The notes under the pieces are model-generated. The model worked only from the letters and a program-made list of their open reading frames with translations, was not told the DNA's origin and did no database searches. The translations under genes and the position numbers were made by a program. A DNA stretch of 63,382 nucleotides, the filler included, from Perkinsus chesapeaki ATCC PRA-425 (taxonomy: Eukaryota > Protista > Perkinsozoa): NCBI GenBank assembly GCA_013115145.1. It is 4 parts of 4 records of this genome, joined end to end, with 100 filler letters (N's around TTAATTAATTAA, not from the genome) between each part and the next. Parts side by side here need not be neighbours in the genome. Positions count along the whole stretch, not along the records: positions 37,027 to 56,355 come from JAAPAO010000642.1; positions 56,456 to 63,382 come from JAAPAO010001052.1; 2 more parts are not named here. One strand, 5' to 3'. This document shows, in pieces, positions 52,454 through 61,354 of this stretch. Position 1 is the first letter of the stretch, and every line of letters starts with the position of its first letter.

Positions 52454-52603
52454 TGAAGTAGACGCAGGGGCTCCGGTTACTAAGGGTGAACCGGAGAGTA
52501 GCATGAAGTAGACGCAGGGGCTCCGGTTACTAAGGGTGAACCGGAGAGTAGCATGAAGTAGACGCAGGGGCTCCGGTTACTAAGGGTGAACCGGAGAGTA
52601 GCA
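52454..52603. repeat. Three identical 50-bp tandem units, each with an 8-bp hairpin
   Basis: TGAAGTAGACGCAGGGG-CTCCGGTT-ACTAAGGGTG-AACCGGAG-AGTAGCA x3. Confidence 0.96.
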
Positions 52604-52826
52604 TGAGAGTGTGTGCGGGCCGAAGGGGTTTAGTATTAACCGAGAACCAATATGAATTCCCCAACTGCTACTGGGGGCGTATTACTTCTATTGCTTCGTA
52701 TCATGGGTCACGCAATGGCTGTAGTAACAACTTGTTACTAAGTTAGTAATACTAACAAGTGACTTACTCGGTGACATGTCGCATGCCCTCAACTTATACG
52801 GGCCGGAGGCGTCACAAGGAATAAAC

Positions 52827-52994
52827 AGGGGAACTCACGAACCGATAGGGGGCTTGCTGCTACACTGTACAGTACAATGTAGGGGGAACTCACGAACCGA
52901 TAGGGGGCTTGCTGCTACACTGTACAGTACAATGTAGGGGGAACTCACGAACCGATAGGGGGCTTGCTGCTACACTGTACAGTACAATGTAGGG
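52827..52994. repeat. Three 55-bp tandem units containing a 23-nt near-palindrome
   Basis: Period 55 (GAACTCACGA at 52831, 52886, 52941), each with CTACACTGTAC-A-GTACAATGTAG. Confidence 0.96.
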
Positions 52995-53019
52995 TAGCAA
53001 TGATATGGTAACAGTCCAA

Positions 53020-53069
53020 TGAAGTAGACGTAGAGGCTCCGGTTAGTTAGGATGAACCGGAGAGTAGCA
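53020..53069. repeat. Diverged fourth copy of the 50-bp hairpin unit
   Basis: Five substitutions versus the array unit, none in the CTCCGGTT/AACCGGAG stem. Confidence 0.9.
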
Positions 53070-53125
53070 TGAATGAAGTGGCGGTTGGCCAGAGGTCGCT
53101 GCTGATAGATCTTGGGGTGACAAAT

Positions 53126-53168
53126 TAAACCAGGGACATGTTGAAAAGCTCACCATGTCCCTGGTTTA
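53126..53168. other. 15-bp perfect inverted repeat (hairpin)
   Basis: TAAACCAGGGACATG-13 nt-CATGTCCCTGGTTTA. Confidence 0.9.
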
Positions 53169-54746
53169 TTCGCGTAAAGCTGAGGTCATACAAGTGATGC
53201 CAATACCTGGACCATACGACTTAGACCAACACTACCGACTCCCTGGTAGTGACTCGCTACTAGCGAGCGGCCATAGGAGGCCTCGGACAAGCAAAAAAAC
53301 AGCTAAAAACGAGTAATTCACAGCCAAGACTGTAGATGGATACAGTGTGCGGCATACTGTATGCCCCGGAACACGGTATATTGCCATTGAGTGGCAATGA
53401 ACAATGCATCACTGTATGCGATTCTATCATTCAGGATGCTCAAGTGGATCTTAAACGCTATATAATGGACGCCGTTGCCTGAGGCACCCCTTACCGAAGA
53501 TAAAATACATAGACTTTGATATTCTGCATGGCTAATCTGCTTTAAGGAACAAGTCATTCGGTTAAAGCAGGTGACGTGCGCCATGTCGCGCGATGAGCGG
53601 GGCGAGCGAGAATCTATTCGTCGAACGGCGGCCACCGACTGCGCCACAGAATATTAGTGACTAATACAGGATATGCATGAAAACATTAGGTACAAGGAAT
53701 CCTAATTAAGGATTGAATGAACGCGAAGCTGTAAAGTGCGGAATTATTGAACTTTGTTAGTTTCACATCCAAGCACCATATTAGCATGGGAAATTCCCTT
53801 CGCGAACGCACGCCACTACGTACGCTCACATGTATGCCTAACTACGGTCACTCAAAATCTGGTCAATCCGCGGCCGCCAAATATTTTCCCATGCTGCTGA
53901 TTGTTCAGCAACTATTTCCCGAAATCTCGAGCACTCGCTCTTCAAAGACTGACACCTGATAAGCACACAGCTGTCAATAATATTGACTCAATATTATTCG
54001 CCATTACTAGTGCTAGCGCAATTCGACTGTGCTAGCTAAACCCACACATTGTCTGCAAGAATAGATCTCAAAATCAATGGAAGCACAGCAAGCAGAAATA
54101 AAGGTTCTTGTTTCTTGCTGAAGTTAAGCCTTTCTTAAGTTGTGTCTTGGAGTTAAGCCGCTTAACCTCGTTGAAAAAGTCGCTTACTCTTTCTCTTTCT
54201 CTGATAGTATCTCTTGTTACCGAATAACTTCAGCACTCTGTGATCCCTTCCACACATGGTCTTTCTGGACTACTCGATGTATAGCAGCCTCCGTCGCCGT
54301 TTTAGTTATTATAGTCGCCAAGGCCACTCGCAGAAGATGTTCGAGCCTAAGAAGGCAATAAAATAGATATTATCAGATGGACTATAGAAGCAAATGAAGG
54401 TCATATAAAGAGTATCAATCAAAGTAACTCATGGAGGAGTAGACATCGCCTAACAGAACACAGCCTAACTTACTGCTTCAGAGACGCAACCTCAGAAGAC
54501 TCTTCCGACGAAGTCATAAAAACGAACTGAATGAAGGCCTATGATAGGCCGCCGAACCAGTCTGCTAATGGAGGCTTAGGCGGCTTTGTTTGAAGGGGAC
54601 CAACACTGTGAAGTTCACAGTATGAACCTCGAGGCACAATCCATGGACAGTCCAATTGAACGACAACTCGAAGCTGCACAAGGCTGACACCGAAAAGTAA
54701 ACGACGCAAATTATACTCTCGCTACCGTTTGGCCCCCACTGTCGCA

Positions 54747-55140
54747 CTATGCATCTCTGGCGTGGATATGACGCTCTAACAAAGATTCGATAATCTTCAA
54801 TTCGGCATCCGAGCTGAGTCTGTGGTCTCCTCTTTCAATCAGATATAGCTTGACATTAGGAAGAAGGTTTGCCAGCTTCTCGCCAGTTTCAACAGAGACG
54901 CTCTCGTCACTTGTTCCATGAACCACATCTACCGGTAAAAGCAGATCGGCGAATTCGGCTATGTAGTTAGCCCGGAGGTCACTCAGGAACTTCGGAAGTT
55001 CCTGAGGGATCCTCTGTAACTGATAGACTCTTTCGTCGTCAGCATACGGTTAAGTAATATCCAGTCCCCCGTATCATTTGCCTTCCACCTTGAGCCCGGG
55101 TATGCCAAGACTCTTTCCCGACTTCAATAGCTCTAATAGG
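54747..55140 (-). CDS. Alpha/beta-hydrolase C-terminal exon(s), ABHD10-like; upstream exons unresolved, may be decayed
   Basis: Manual translation gives PVDVVHGTSDESVSVETGEKLANLLPNVKLYLIERGDHRLSSDAELKIIESLLE (catalytic Asp and His motifs). Stop TAG at 54747-49. Confidence 0.7.
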
Positions 55141-56355
55141 CTCGATAATGACCGCCGTGATAGATTGATTTGCCCACAACAGGAACCACGTCGAAGCCTA
55201 AGAAGCTGATGTGAGAAGGGCAGTGCTCAGCACGGAGTGCTGTGGAGCACTAGCTAAGCATTGTTAGCTTGCTCGCTCTAAACGGCATATAAGAACGGTC
55301 AGAGTCCACAGATCGAGTACATTCCTTCAGCGCCAATGAACAAATGTTACTCTGGTCATTCAAGGCGTAGCTTCAGGCAGTGATAACCGTGACTCCGCTC
55401 TGATCCTTACTTGCAGGCTGTAAATTAGTGATTGCCAATCAGTGATTGAAGGTAACAGTAACGTAATAGGTTGCATCGGTTGTACCATGTCCAGTTTTGG
55501 CGTTTTCTTACTATAACTGTATGCTAATGGTCAAGGAGCGTTGGGTAGCCTAGCGGTGAACCAGTATGAGCTAGTTATGAACTAGGTACAGAATGGCACT
55601 AAGTATATCAGGACATTTCCCACTTGCCAGATGCTACTAAATTATAATTATTTCGCAACATCAGAATGTTCTTCAAGGTCTACCATCGATACATAATCCT
55701 TACCTTTATCCTCTGACTCTCGCATAGAGAAAAGTGACGATGATCCCAAATACTGGGGAGTCCCCAGCGGGGACACTTATTGCACGGAATAACGTGACGC
55801 GACTATAAGAGTCGGACCCTTACACTCCGCACAATGGCGAAAACGCGCTCTGGTGGAAATTCTTCTACGTTACATTGTAACGATTACAAGGTTCACTAGA
55901 AAAGAATCGATGCAATTAAGGAAGCACGGAAGCGAATAATGCACCGCAACTCTGTAGCGGGGATCAGTATATGACAGCTTCATCTGCAACCCGCCAGCAG
56001 CGGAGGAGACGACAAGGGACAACACCCGGGAGACAGTCACAAGCTGAACCCTGGAAAAGCGTTTATCATGGTTCATTCTGTAGAGAGGAGTGATGTATCG
56101 AAGCTCCCTACGGATAGGCTTGCACCGCTATGGTCCTTTCTGAAGAACGCCAAAGCGTACATGTCATCATGCCATTCGCCGAATAGCGGAACAACATGTT
56201 ACGCATGTTAGCAACATGGCGGCGCCCGGTCACATCGGCACAGGGTTTTCGTGACGTGTGTATTCATCCAGTGTATCCTTCCCTGTAATGTCCATCTTTG
56301 TGCCTATTGTTGGTATTCTCTGTGGCTTGGCCACCGGTAAATACGAAGCTGACCT

Positions 56356-56455
56356 NNNNNNNNNNNNNNNNNNNNNNNNNNNNNNNNNNNNNNNNNNNNT
56401 TAATTAATTAANNNNNNNNNNNNNNNNNNNNNNNNNNNNNNNNNNNNNNNNNNNN
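56356..56455. other. Assembly gap with TTAATTAATTAA linker
   Basis: 100-nt N block with linker. Confidence 0.98.
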
Positions 56456-56528
56456 GCACCTCCCAGGGTATATTGAAGTTACTAAAGCACCTCCCAGGGT
56501 ATATTGAAGTTACTAAACCACCTCCCAG
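56456..56528. repeat. 31-bp satellite, left flank of the retrotransposon
   Basis: GCACCTCCCAGGGTATATTGAAGTTACTAAA x2 plus a partial unit ending CCTCCCAG. Confidence 0.93.
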
Positions 56529-56952
56529 TAATAGGATTAACAACGAACCCAACTCGCACTTGAGCCAAGATGGCTACGTATTTGACACTTACAGAACCTC
56601 ACAGTGATAATCCAACCTAATCGCACAACTAACAGAGTTATGTCACCGCAGCTAAAAAGTGTACGCATGCGCATGTTGCGCCGCGCGCTCGTCAAGAGCG
56701 GACTATGGATCTATCAATAATCAATGAATAGCATGATAAGTAATCAAGGACAGATCAAGAGTAGATATACCACTATGGGCATCATCCCACTCAACATCAA
56801 CATGACCAGAGGCACGAACCGCGACCACTTTACCCTTATAATATCGCTTCTGCGGTCTCTTACGATTCGGCACGACAACATCATATAGGACACTCAGACG
56901 CATATCAACTAAGCTCGGAAGTATATTAGCATATGGGTCTGCAGTACTATCA
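56529..56952 (-). repeat. 3' LTR (TG...TA)
   Basis: Matches 62877-63300 with two mismatches seen by eye and directly follows the PPT. Confidence 0.95.
56559..56578 (-). other. Spliced-leader sequence copy in the 3' LTR
   Basis: CGTAGCCATCTTGGCTCAAG equals the 3' 20 nt of the Perkinsus 22-nt SL ACCGTAGCCATCTTGGCTCAAG (recalled from the literature). Confidence 0.93.
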
Positions 56953-58109
56953 CGCCCCCCTTGGCGTGGACCATCGCTCGGAGAGATTGGGGCAGAACGC
57001 CACACACGGGAAGACAAGTTAACAATCTCAGGTACATCACCATTCTTAAACTTAACCCAAACCTCACCAGAGTCGTCACAAGGATCAAAGCATATCTCAG
57101 CCTCGCGTTCATAGGAACCATAATCCAAGATAATACCCATACCTACTCGACTCACAGTAGAAAGATCAGGATCACGGTGCGAGTGAGCTCTAAGCAGAAC
57201 GATGTTGTACAAATTCTCCAAAGTAACCAAACCGGAAGGGAATCGAACACGAACTCGGCGATCCGAAACGCATTCCACAATATGACCAAGTCGGAAGGAC
57301 ATACCTAACTTTCTACCAGACATATACACCAAAACCGCATCACCGGGAGCAAACTCAGTAGGTGTAACTCCACGACTTTTAGCTCGAACAGAGGACAAAG
57401 AATACCTCTTCAATTCGCTCCAAAGCCAAGATACAAAGGAATTACGGATAGCTTTAACACGGTAAGGAAGAAAGTTAGCAAAAAATCCAGGATCATTAAG
57501 AGACTGATCAATATCCAAACAACCAAACCGACGAGTCCGACCATAACAGAGACTGTCAGGGGTAATAACATCAGAACCATTCTCACTGACATAGTAAGTT
57601 CTCAAAGGTCTAGTATTCAATAAAAGCATAAGCTCTTCTAGGAGTTGTTGCTCACGAACCGGATCATCAGGCCAGCGGCCTGCGGAGCCTCGGAGCATAA
57701 CTCTCAATCGATCTCCTGCTAGGTCATGCAGCTTCTCTGAACCTAATTCCCAAGGGGATCGACTAGCAGTAAGTTCTACGGAAGCATTGAGCATAGCGGC
57801 AGCGCGGTCTCGAAAGTTAGAGAGCGAACGGAAGTAAGATGCTCTATCACTACAAATGACCCGAACACCACCAGTGCGGAGCTGTAATAGCTTAAGCACA
57901 CGTAAAGCTTCCTCAGAATTCTCGGATTCTACTCGAAAGAAAGATATGTGCTTGGAAAAACAGCACATAGCAGATAACAATTTAACCTTATCACCAACAG
58001 CATAATAATCGATAGCAACCTTGTAGTAAGGACACTTAGCGCTCAAATCTAAGACATCAGTGCGAACAGATGGCAAGGAATTCCAACTCCGCTTAGCTCG
58101 AAGGGTCCG
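56721..58109 (-). CDS. pol: Integrase core + C-terminal SH3/Tudor-like modules (pol segment after an in-frame TGA)
   Basis: IDY, ICSDRASYF, WELGSEKLH and NTRPL integrase motifs, in frame with the upstream pol ORF across TGA 58110-12. Confidence 0.9.
   Translation of the reverse strand, partial: RTLRAKRSWNSLPSVRTDVLDLSAKCPYYKVAIDYYAVGDKVKLLSAMCCFSKHISFFRVESENSEEALRVLKLLQLRTGGVRVICSDRASYFRSLSNFRDRAAAMLNASVELTASRSPWELGSEKLHDLAGDRLRVMLRGSAGRWPDDPVREQQLLEELMLLLNTRPLRTYYVSENGSDVITPDSLCYGRTRRFGCLDIDQSLNDPGFFANFLPYRVKAIRNSFVSWLWSELKRYSLSSVRAKSRGVTPTEFAPGDAVLVYMSGRKLGMSFRLGHIVECVSDRRVRVRFPSGLVTLENLYNIVLLRAHSHRDPDLSTVSRVGMGIILDYGSYEREAEICFDPCDDSGEVWVKFKNGDVPEIVNLSSRVWRSAPISPSDGPRQGGRDSTADPYANILPSLVDMRLSVLYDVVVPNRKRPQKRYYKGKVVAVRASGHVDVEWDDAHSGISTLDLSLITYHAIH
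56953..56962 (-). other. Polypurine tract
   Basis: AAGGGGGGCG immediately 5' of the TG that starts the 3' LTR. Confidence 0.8.
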
Positions 58110-60020
58110 TCATACGACACACAATCGGAGCAAGTCTCTCATCTGACTCGTACCCGACGGCAAATGGAAGTCCTCAACATAAGACAAGGAAGGACGCAGG
58201 CCTTGATGACCACACCGGTTATGAGCATCAAGCAAGACCTTCTTACGAAGGGACACAGCGGACCGCGGCAGCACATACTGCCTGAGCTCCGTACCGAACG
58301 GAGTGCCAGTCCTAAATACCACCAATTCACCATCAGCAAGCACATAAGGACCAGAAGGCGTTACACCATCTCGAACCATCTTCAGGCATGCATCATCGTG
58401 AATCTGAGCCGAATACACTAGAGCTCGGAAATCACTCGTGTCGGGGACCAGAGGATAGACAAGGCTCTTCAAAGCATCCTCTCCGTCACGATTAGCCTTC
58501 AACAACTCAAATACGAACTTCATGCACTTGACGGTGCGGCATACCTGGGGTAGATCATAACACTGCTGGGCAATAGTCTCGGCCAACGAGGAGGACGAAC
58601 TGTCAGAAGGAACCAAGGCGAGCAGGTCCGCACAGAGATCTGGGCCAGTGTTCTCACACTCCACAGAAGAGAACAATTGGGATCGCTCCAGGGACGCCTT
58701 TGCGGCATGATCATCATACTCCTCAACTAACCAAGATAACGAATCTTCACTTTCTTCATCATCGTCATCTACAGGCCAGAGTACGGCCTCAGAGTCCACC
58801 GCGCCAGCCAAGGCTTCAGCAAGGGGGAGGTTAACTCCTACTTGACGGTCAAACAGGCGGGACAAACGGTCTGCCTCAACATTCAGCGAACCTTTCACAT
58901 GCAACACGGTGACAGTAGCATACCGGCGCAAAAACTTAATCTCATCGGAAATCGCAAGGATAAGACGACCAATCGCACGTTTTTCAATAGCTTTACTACG
59001 AGCGAACAGAACAGAAGCATCTTGTTCGGCCCACGCTATACAAGCACGATTATCCGAGCGAACCGAGATTTTCAAGCGCTCACTACAATGACGATGCTCA
59101 ACGAAGTGACTCACAAGCTTGCTCAGGGAACGTAAGCCTAATAACAAGGTCATTAGCTCTCGTCTATTCGAGTGATACAGGCGCTGTCTCTTAGACCACC
59201 GAAATGCCTCAGAACAGATTACTGGGCCCGAGGATATATCGAACTCGTCAGGCTTATCCCCGCCCCCCTCGGTGGAGGAAACGATTAAAAATCCTCCACC
59301 CGATCTCGAAGCATCACATGCCAAAATGAGAGCAGCAACAGAATCCGGCGGCAGACAGTGAGATGAGTGCGAACATTCAGATTGCTCAGTCAACTCACGC
59401 ATCCACGCCAACAGGGCCGAATAAACAGAGAACTGCAAAGGGTTCAAAGTTGTTACCAAGCTCAGCATATCAGGCCAGGCTTCCTTGCTGAATCCTTTAC
59501 CAATCAGCGCACGCATGGCATCAGCCGATGCTCGGCAATCAGGGTGGCATTTGGCCGGATCAAATCCGATTTTACCACAAACAGAATAGATCTCTGACTT
59601 AGAGGTTTCCAGCGAGTGATCCGACATGACGAATTCACGAACCGACTTCAGTCGAGCGGATCTATCACAAAGAAGCTCCAGCTTGTCCTCGGCATAGAGA
59701 AAGCTTACTCCTAGCACCGGTAGCTTATCAGATATAGCGATACCAATCGATGCCAAAAGACCACTAACAGTATCTCGAACCGAAGCACAACAGATACAGC
59801 GAAACTTCTGTAGCTGGACACCAAAGCCACAAATAAACATAGCAAATAACAGTAGCTTCACGTTCGTGATGACAGCAGTAGGAGTTCCACCAATTACGAA
59901 ATCATCCACAAACAAACTCCAGAAGCATACCATAAACAAAGAAGATACGGCGGTTACAAGTTTTCCGAACGAACTTAGTAAGGACCAAAAACTAGTCCAA
60001 AGCACATTCTCGAACTCCAA
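58110..60020 (-). CDS. pol: RT C-terminal half, RNase H and integrase zinc finger (pol segment)
   Basis: FVDD, LACDAS, NRRELMTLL, VRSDN, HVKGSLNVEADRLSR and H..CGH.G...CVV*. Confidence 0.92.
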   Translation of the reverse strand: MEFENVLWTSFWSLLSSFGKLVTAVSSLFMVCFWSLFVDDFVIGGTPTAVITNVKLLLFAMFICGFGVQLQKFRCICCASVRDTVSGLLASIGIAISDKLPVLGVSFLYAEDKLELLCDRSARLKSVREFVMSDHSLETSKSEIYSVCGKIGFDPAKCHPDCRASADAMRALIGKGFSKEAWPDMLSLVTTLNPLQFSVYSALLAWMRELTEQSECSHSSHCLPPDSVAALILACDASRSGGGFLIVSSTEGGGDKPDEFDISSGPVICSEAFRWSKRQRLYHSNRRELMTLLLGLRSLSKLVSHFVEHRHCSERLKISVRSDNRACIAWAEQDASVLFARSKAIEKRAIGRLILAISDEIKFLRRYATVTVLHVKGSLNVEADRLSRLFDRQVGVNLPLAEALAGAVDSEAVLWPVDDDDEESEDSLSWLVEEYDDHAAKASLERSQLFSSVECENTGPDLCADLLALVPSDSSSSSLAETIAQQCYDLPQVCRTVKCMKFVFELLKANRDGEDALKSLVYPLVPDTSDFRALVYSAQIHDDACLKMVRDGVTPSGPYVLADGELVVFRTGTPFGTELRQYVLPRSAVSLRKKVLLDAHNRCGHQGLRPSLSYVEDFHLPSGTSQMRDLLRLCVV

Positions 60021-61345
60021 TACAGAAGGGTGGCAGCTCCCATCTGCAAGATAAAGTTCGCCAGGCGCACTCGGTAGAATGCTTGTTTGGCATCAACCGT
60101 AGATAAGACGGGCGGGGACTGCCATCGGATGCATCCTATAACCACTGAGGCATCTGGGGACTCACTGCTTGCTTTGGGAAACCCACGGTTGACCTCTCTG
60201 CAGTCCAGAACAAGCCGCGGCTTCCTATTGGAAGCTGGACCGACCATGAACACTGGAATGGTAGGGGATAAGAGGGTCTCATTAGGAGTTTCAAGTGGGG
60301 CTTGAACCCACCACGAACGCTTCACATAGTCTTCAACTAGCTCTGTGTAGGCCTCACGCTGTGCTGGAGGAAGTCGATCATACAGAGCCCGAGCATAATT
60401 ACGGGTCTGATTGATGGACTTGCTGTCGAAGCCAGAACAATTGATCTCGAAAGTAAAGCACTGTTGGAGAGTATCACGAACCTCAACCGGAAGCAGCTTA
60501 CGAAGGCGGACAGATAGACGATCACCAGGACATTTCAACAACGGGGCCCAACCTTGATTACATAGGGCATTTAAAACGTCCATCACATGGCTAATAGACT
60601 CGGCCTCCAACGGGATAGGAAAACCAGGGTCAACGGACTCGTCACAAACCGGCTGCGAACAAACGCCAGGAAGGCTCAAATCGGGAGGTACAAACTCTTC
60701 GGCCAAAGCTCGAACGGTAGCAGGGTCATCAACCAAAGGGTGAGTGGCGCCATTCACAGTGCAGTTATACACACATACGCCACGAACCGCTACATATGAT
60801 GATCCACGGATTTCTATCTGCCAATGAGATAACAGATTTCTACCAGCGAGCACACACCAAGAGGAAGAGTCTCTCCAAAAAGGCTTAACTCTCAGAATAC
60901 GAAGTCTGATACGAACTTCACCGATAGCATTACATTCGCCAAGGTCAACCGGGAACAACCCCAGAATAGTTTCAACCACAGCTGACACTTCTCGTTGCGA
61001 ACCATCGGCCAACTTAACGATACCACCATCAGACTCACAGTTGAGGAACGGGGAACCAGGACCACAGTAGAGGTCATAAGCGTGTGACAGTAACAAATAG
61101 CTTAAACCAGCTCCAGAATCAAGGAACACCGATGTTGGGCTAAAACAATGCTCATCCACTGGAGAGCGCACTTGCCCAGCGATCATAATTTCAGGGGGAT
61201 GACCTTTTACATCCACAATACAAATAGAATCAGAGAAAGTCAATGGTTCAAAGCGAATCATATCAGATGAAAGTGAGACATCAGAAACAGAAGGAAGTTG
61301 GTCGACGCGAAGAATCGCCTCACTATGTTCTTCGGCCGACCTCAT
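59975..61345 (-). CDS. pol: Aspartic protease and RT N-terminal half (pol segment)
   Basis: VFLDSGA, AGRNLL, RLVLDCREVN, STVDAKQAFY and RMCFGL. Confidence 0.92.
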   Translation of the reverse strand: MRSAEEHSEAILRVDQLPSVSDVSLSSDMIRFEPLTFSDSICIVDVKGHPPEIMIAGQVRSPVDEHCFSPTSVFLDSGAGLSYLLLSHAYDLYCGPGSPFLNCESDGGIVKLADGSQREVSAVVETILGLFPVDLGECNAIGEVRIRLRILRVKPFWRDSSSWCVLAGRNLLSHWQIEIRGSSYVAVRGVCVYNCTVNGATHPLVDDPATVRALAEEFVPPDLSLPGVCSQPVCDESVDPGFPIPLEAESISHVMDVLNALCNQGWAPLLKCPGDRLSVRLRKLLPVEVRDTLQQCFTFEINCSGFDSKSINQTRNYARALYDRLPPAQREAYTELVEDYVKRSWWVQAPLETPNETLLSPTIPVFMVGPASNRKPRLVLDCREVNRGFPKASSESPDASVVIGCIRWQSPPVLSTVDAKQAFYRVRLANFILQMGAATLLYWSSRMCFGLVFGPY

Positions 61346-61354
61346 TAGTTTCCC
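61300..61354 (-). promoter_or_regulatory. Candidate -1 ribosomal frameshift signal (G_GGA_AAC + 6-nt spacer + hairpin)
   Basis: Slippery heptamer in the gag frame just before its stop. Downstream GGTCG-GC-CGAAGAA pairs with TTCTTCG-CGT-CGACC, and pol is in the -1 frame. Confidence 0.82.

Noticed and set aside
52454-53069. Hairpin repeats as a CRISPR array
   Set aside because: Units are head-to-tail identical with no unique spacers, there are no cas genes, and the context is eukaryotic.
53318-53647. 109-aa minus-strand ORF next to the repeat block as a transposase
   Set aside because: No ATG start of note and no recognisable DDE, HUH or tyrosine-recombinase motif.
54982-55006. 11-bp inverted repeat CTCAGGAACTT-CGG-AAGTTCCTGAG
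   Set aside because: Isolated and inside a coding exon, with no other support for a function.
58110-58112. TGA at a Cys position as Sec/Cys recoding
   Set aside because: One substitution from TGT/TGC in a copy that also has a frameshift. TGA terminates other ORFs here and no SECIS is evident.
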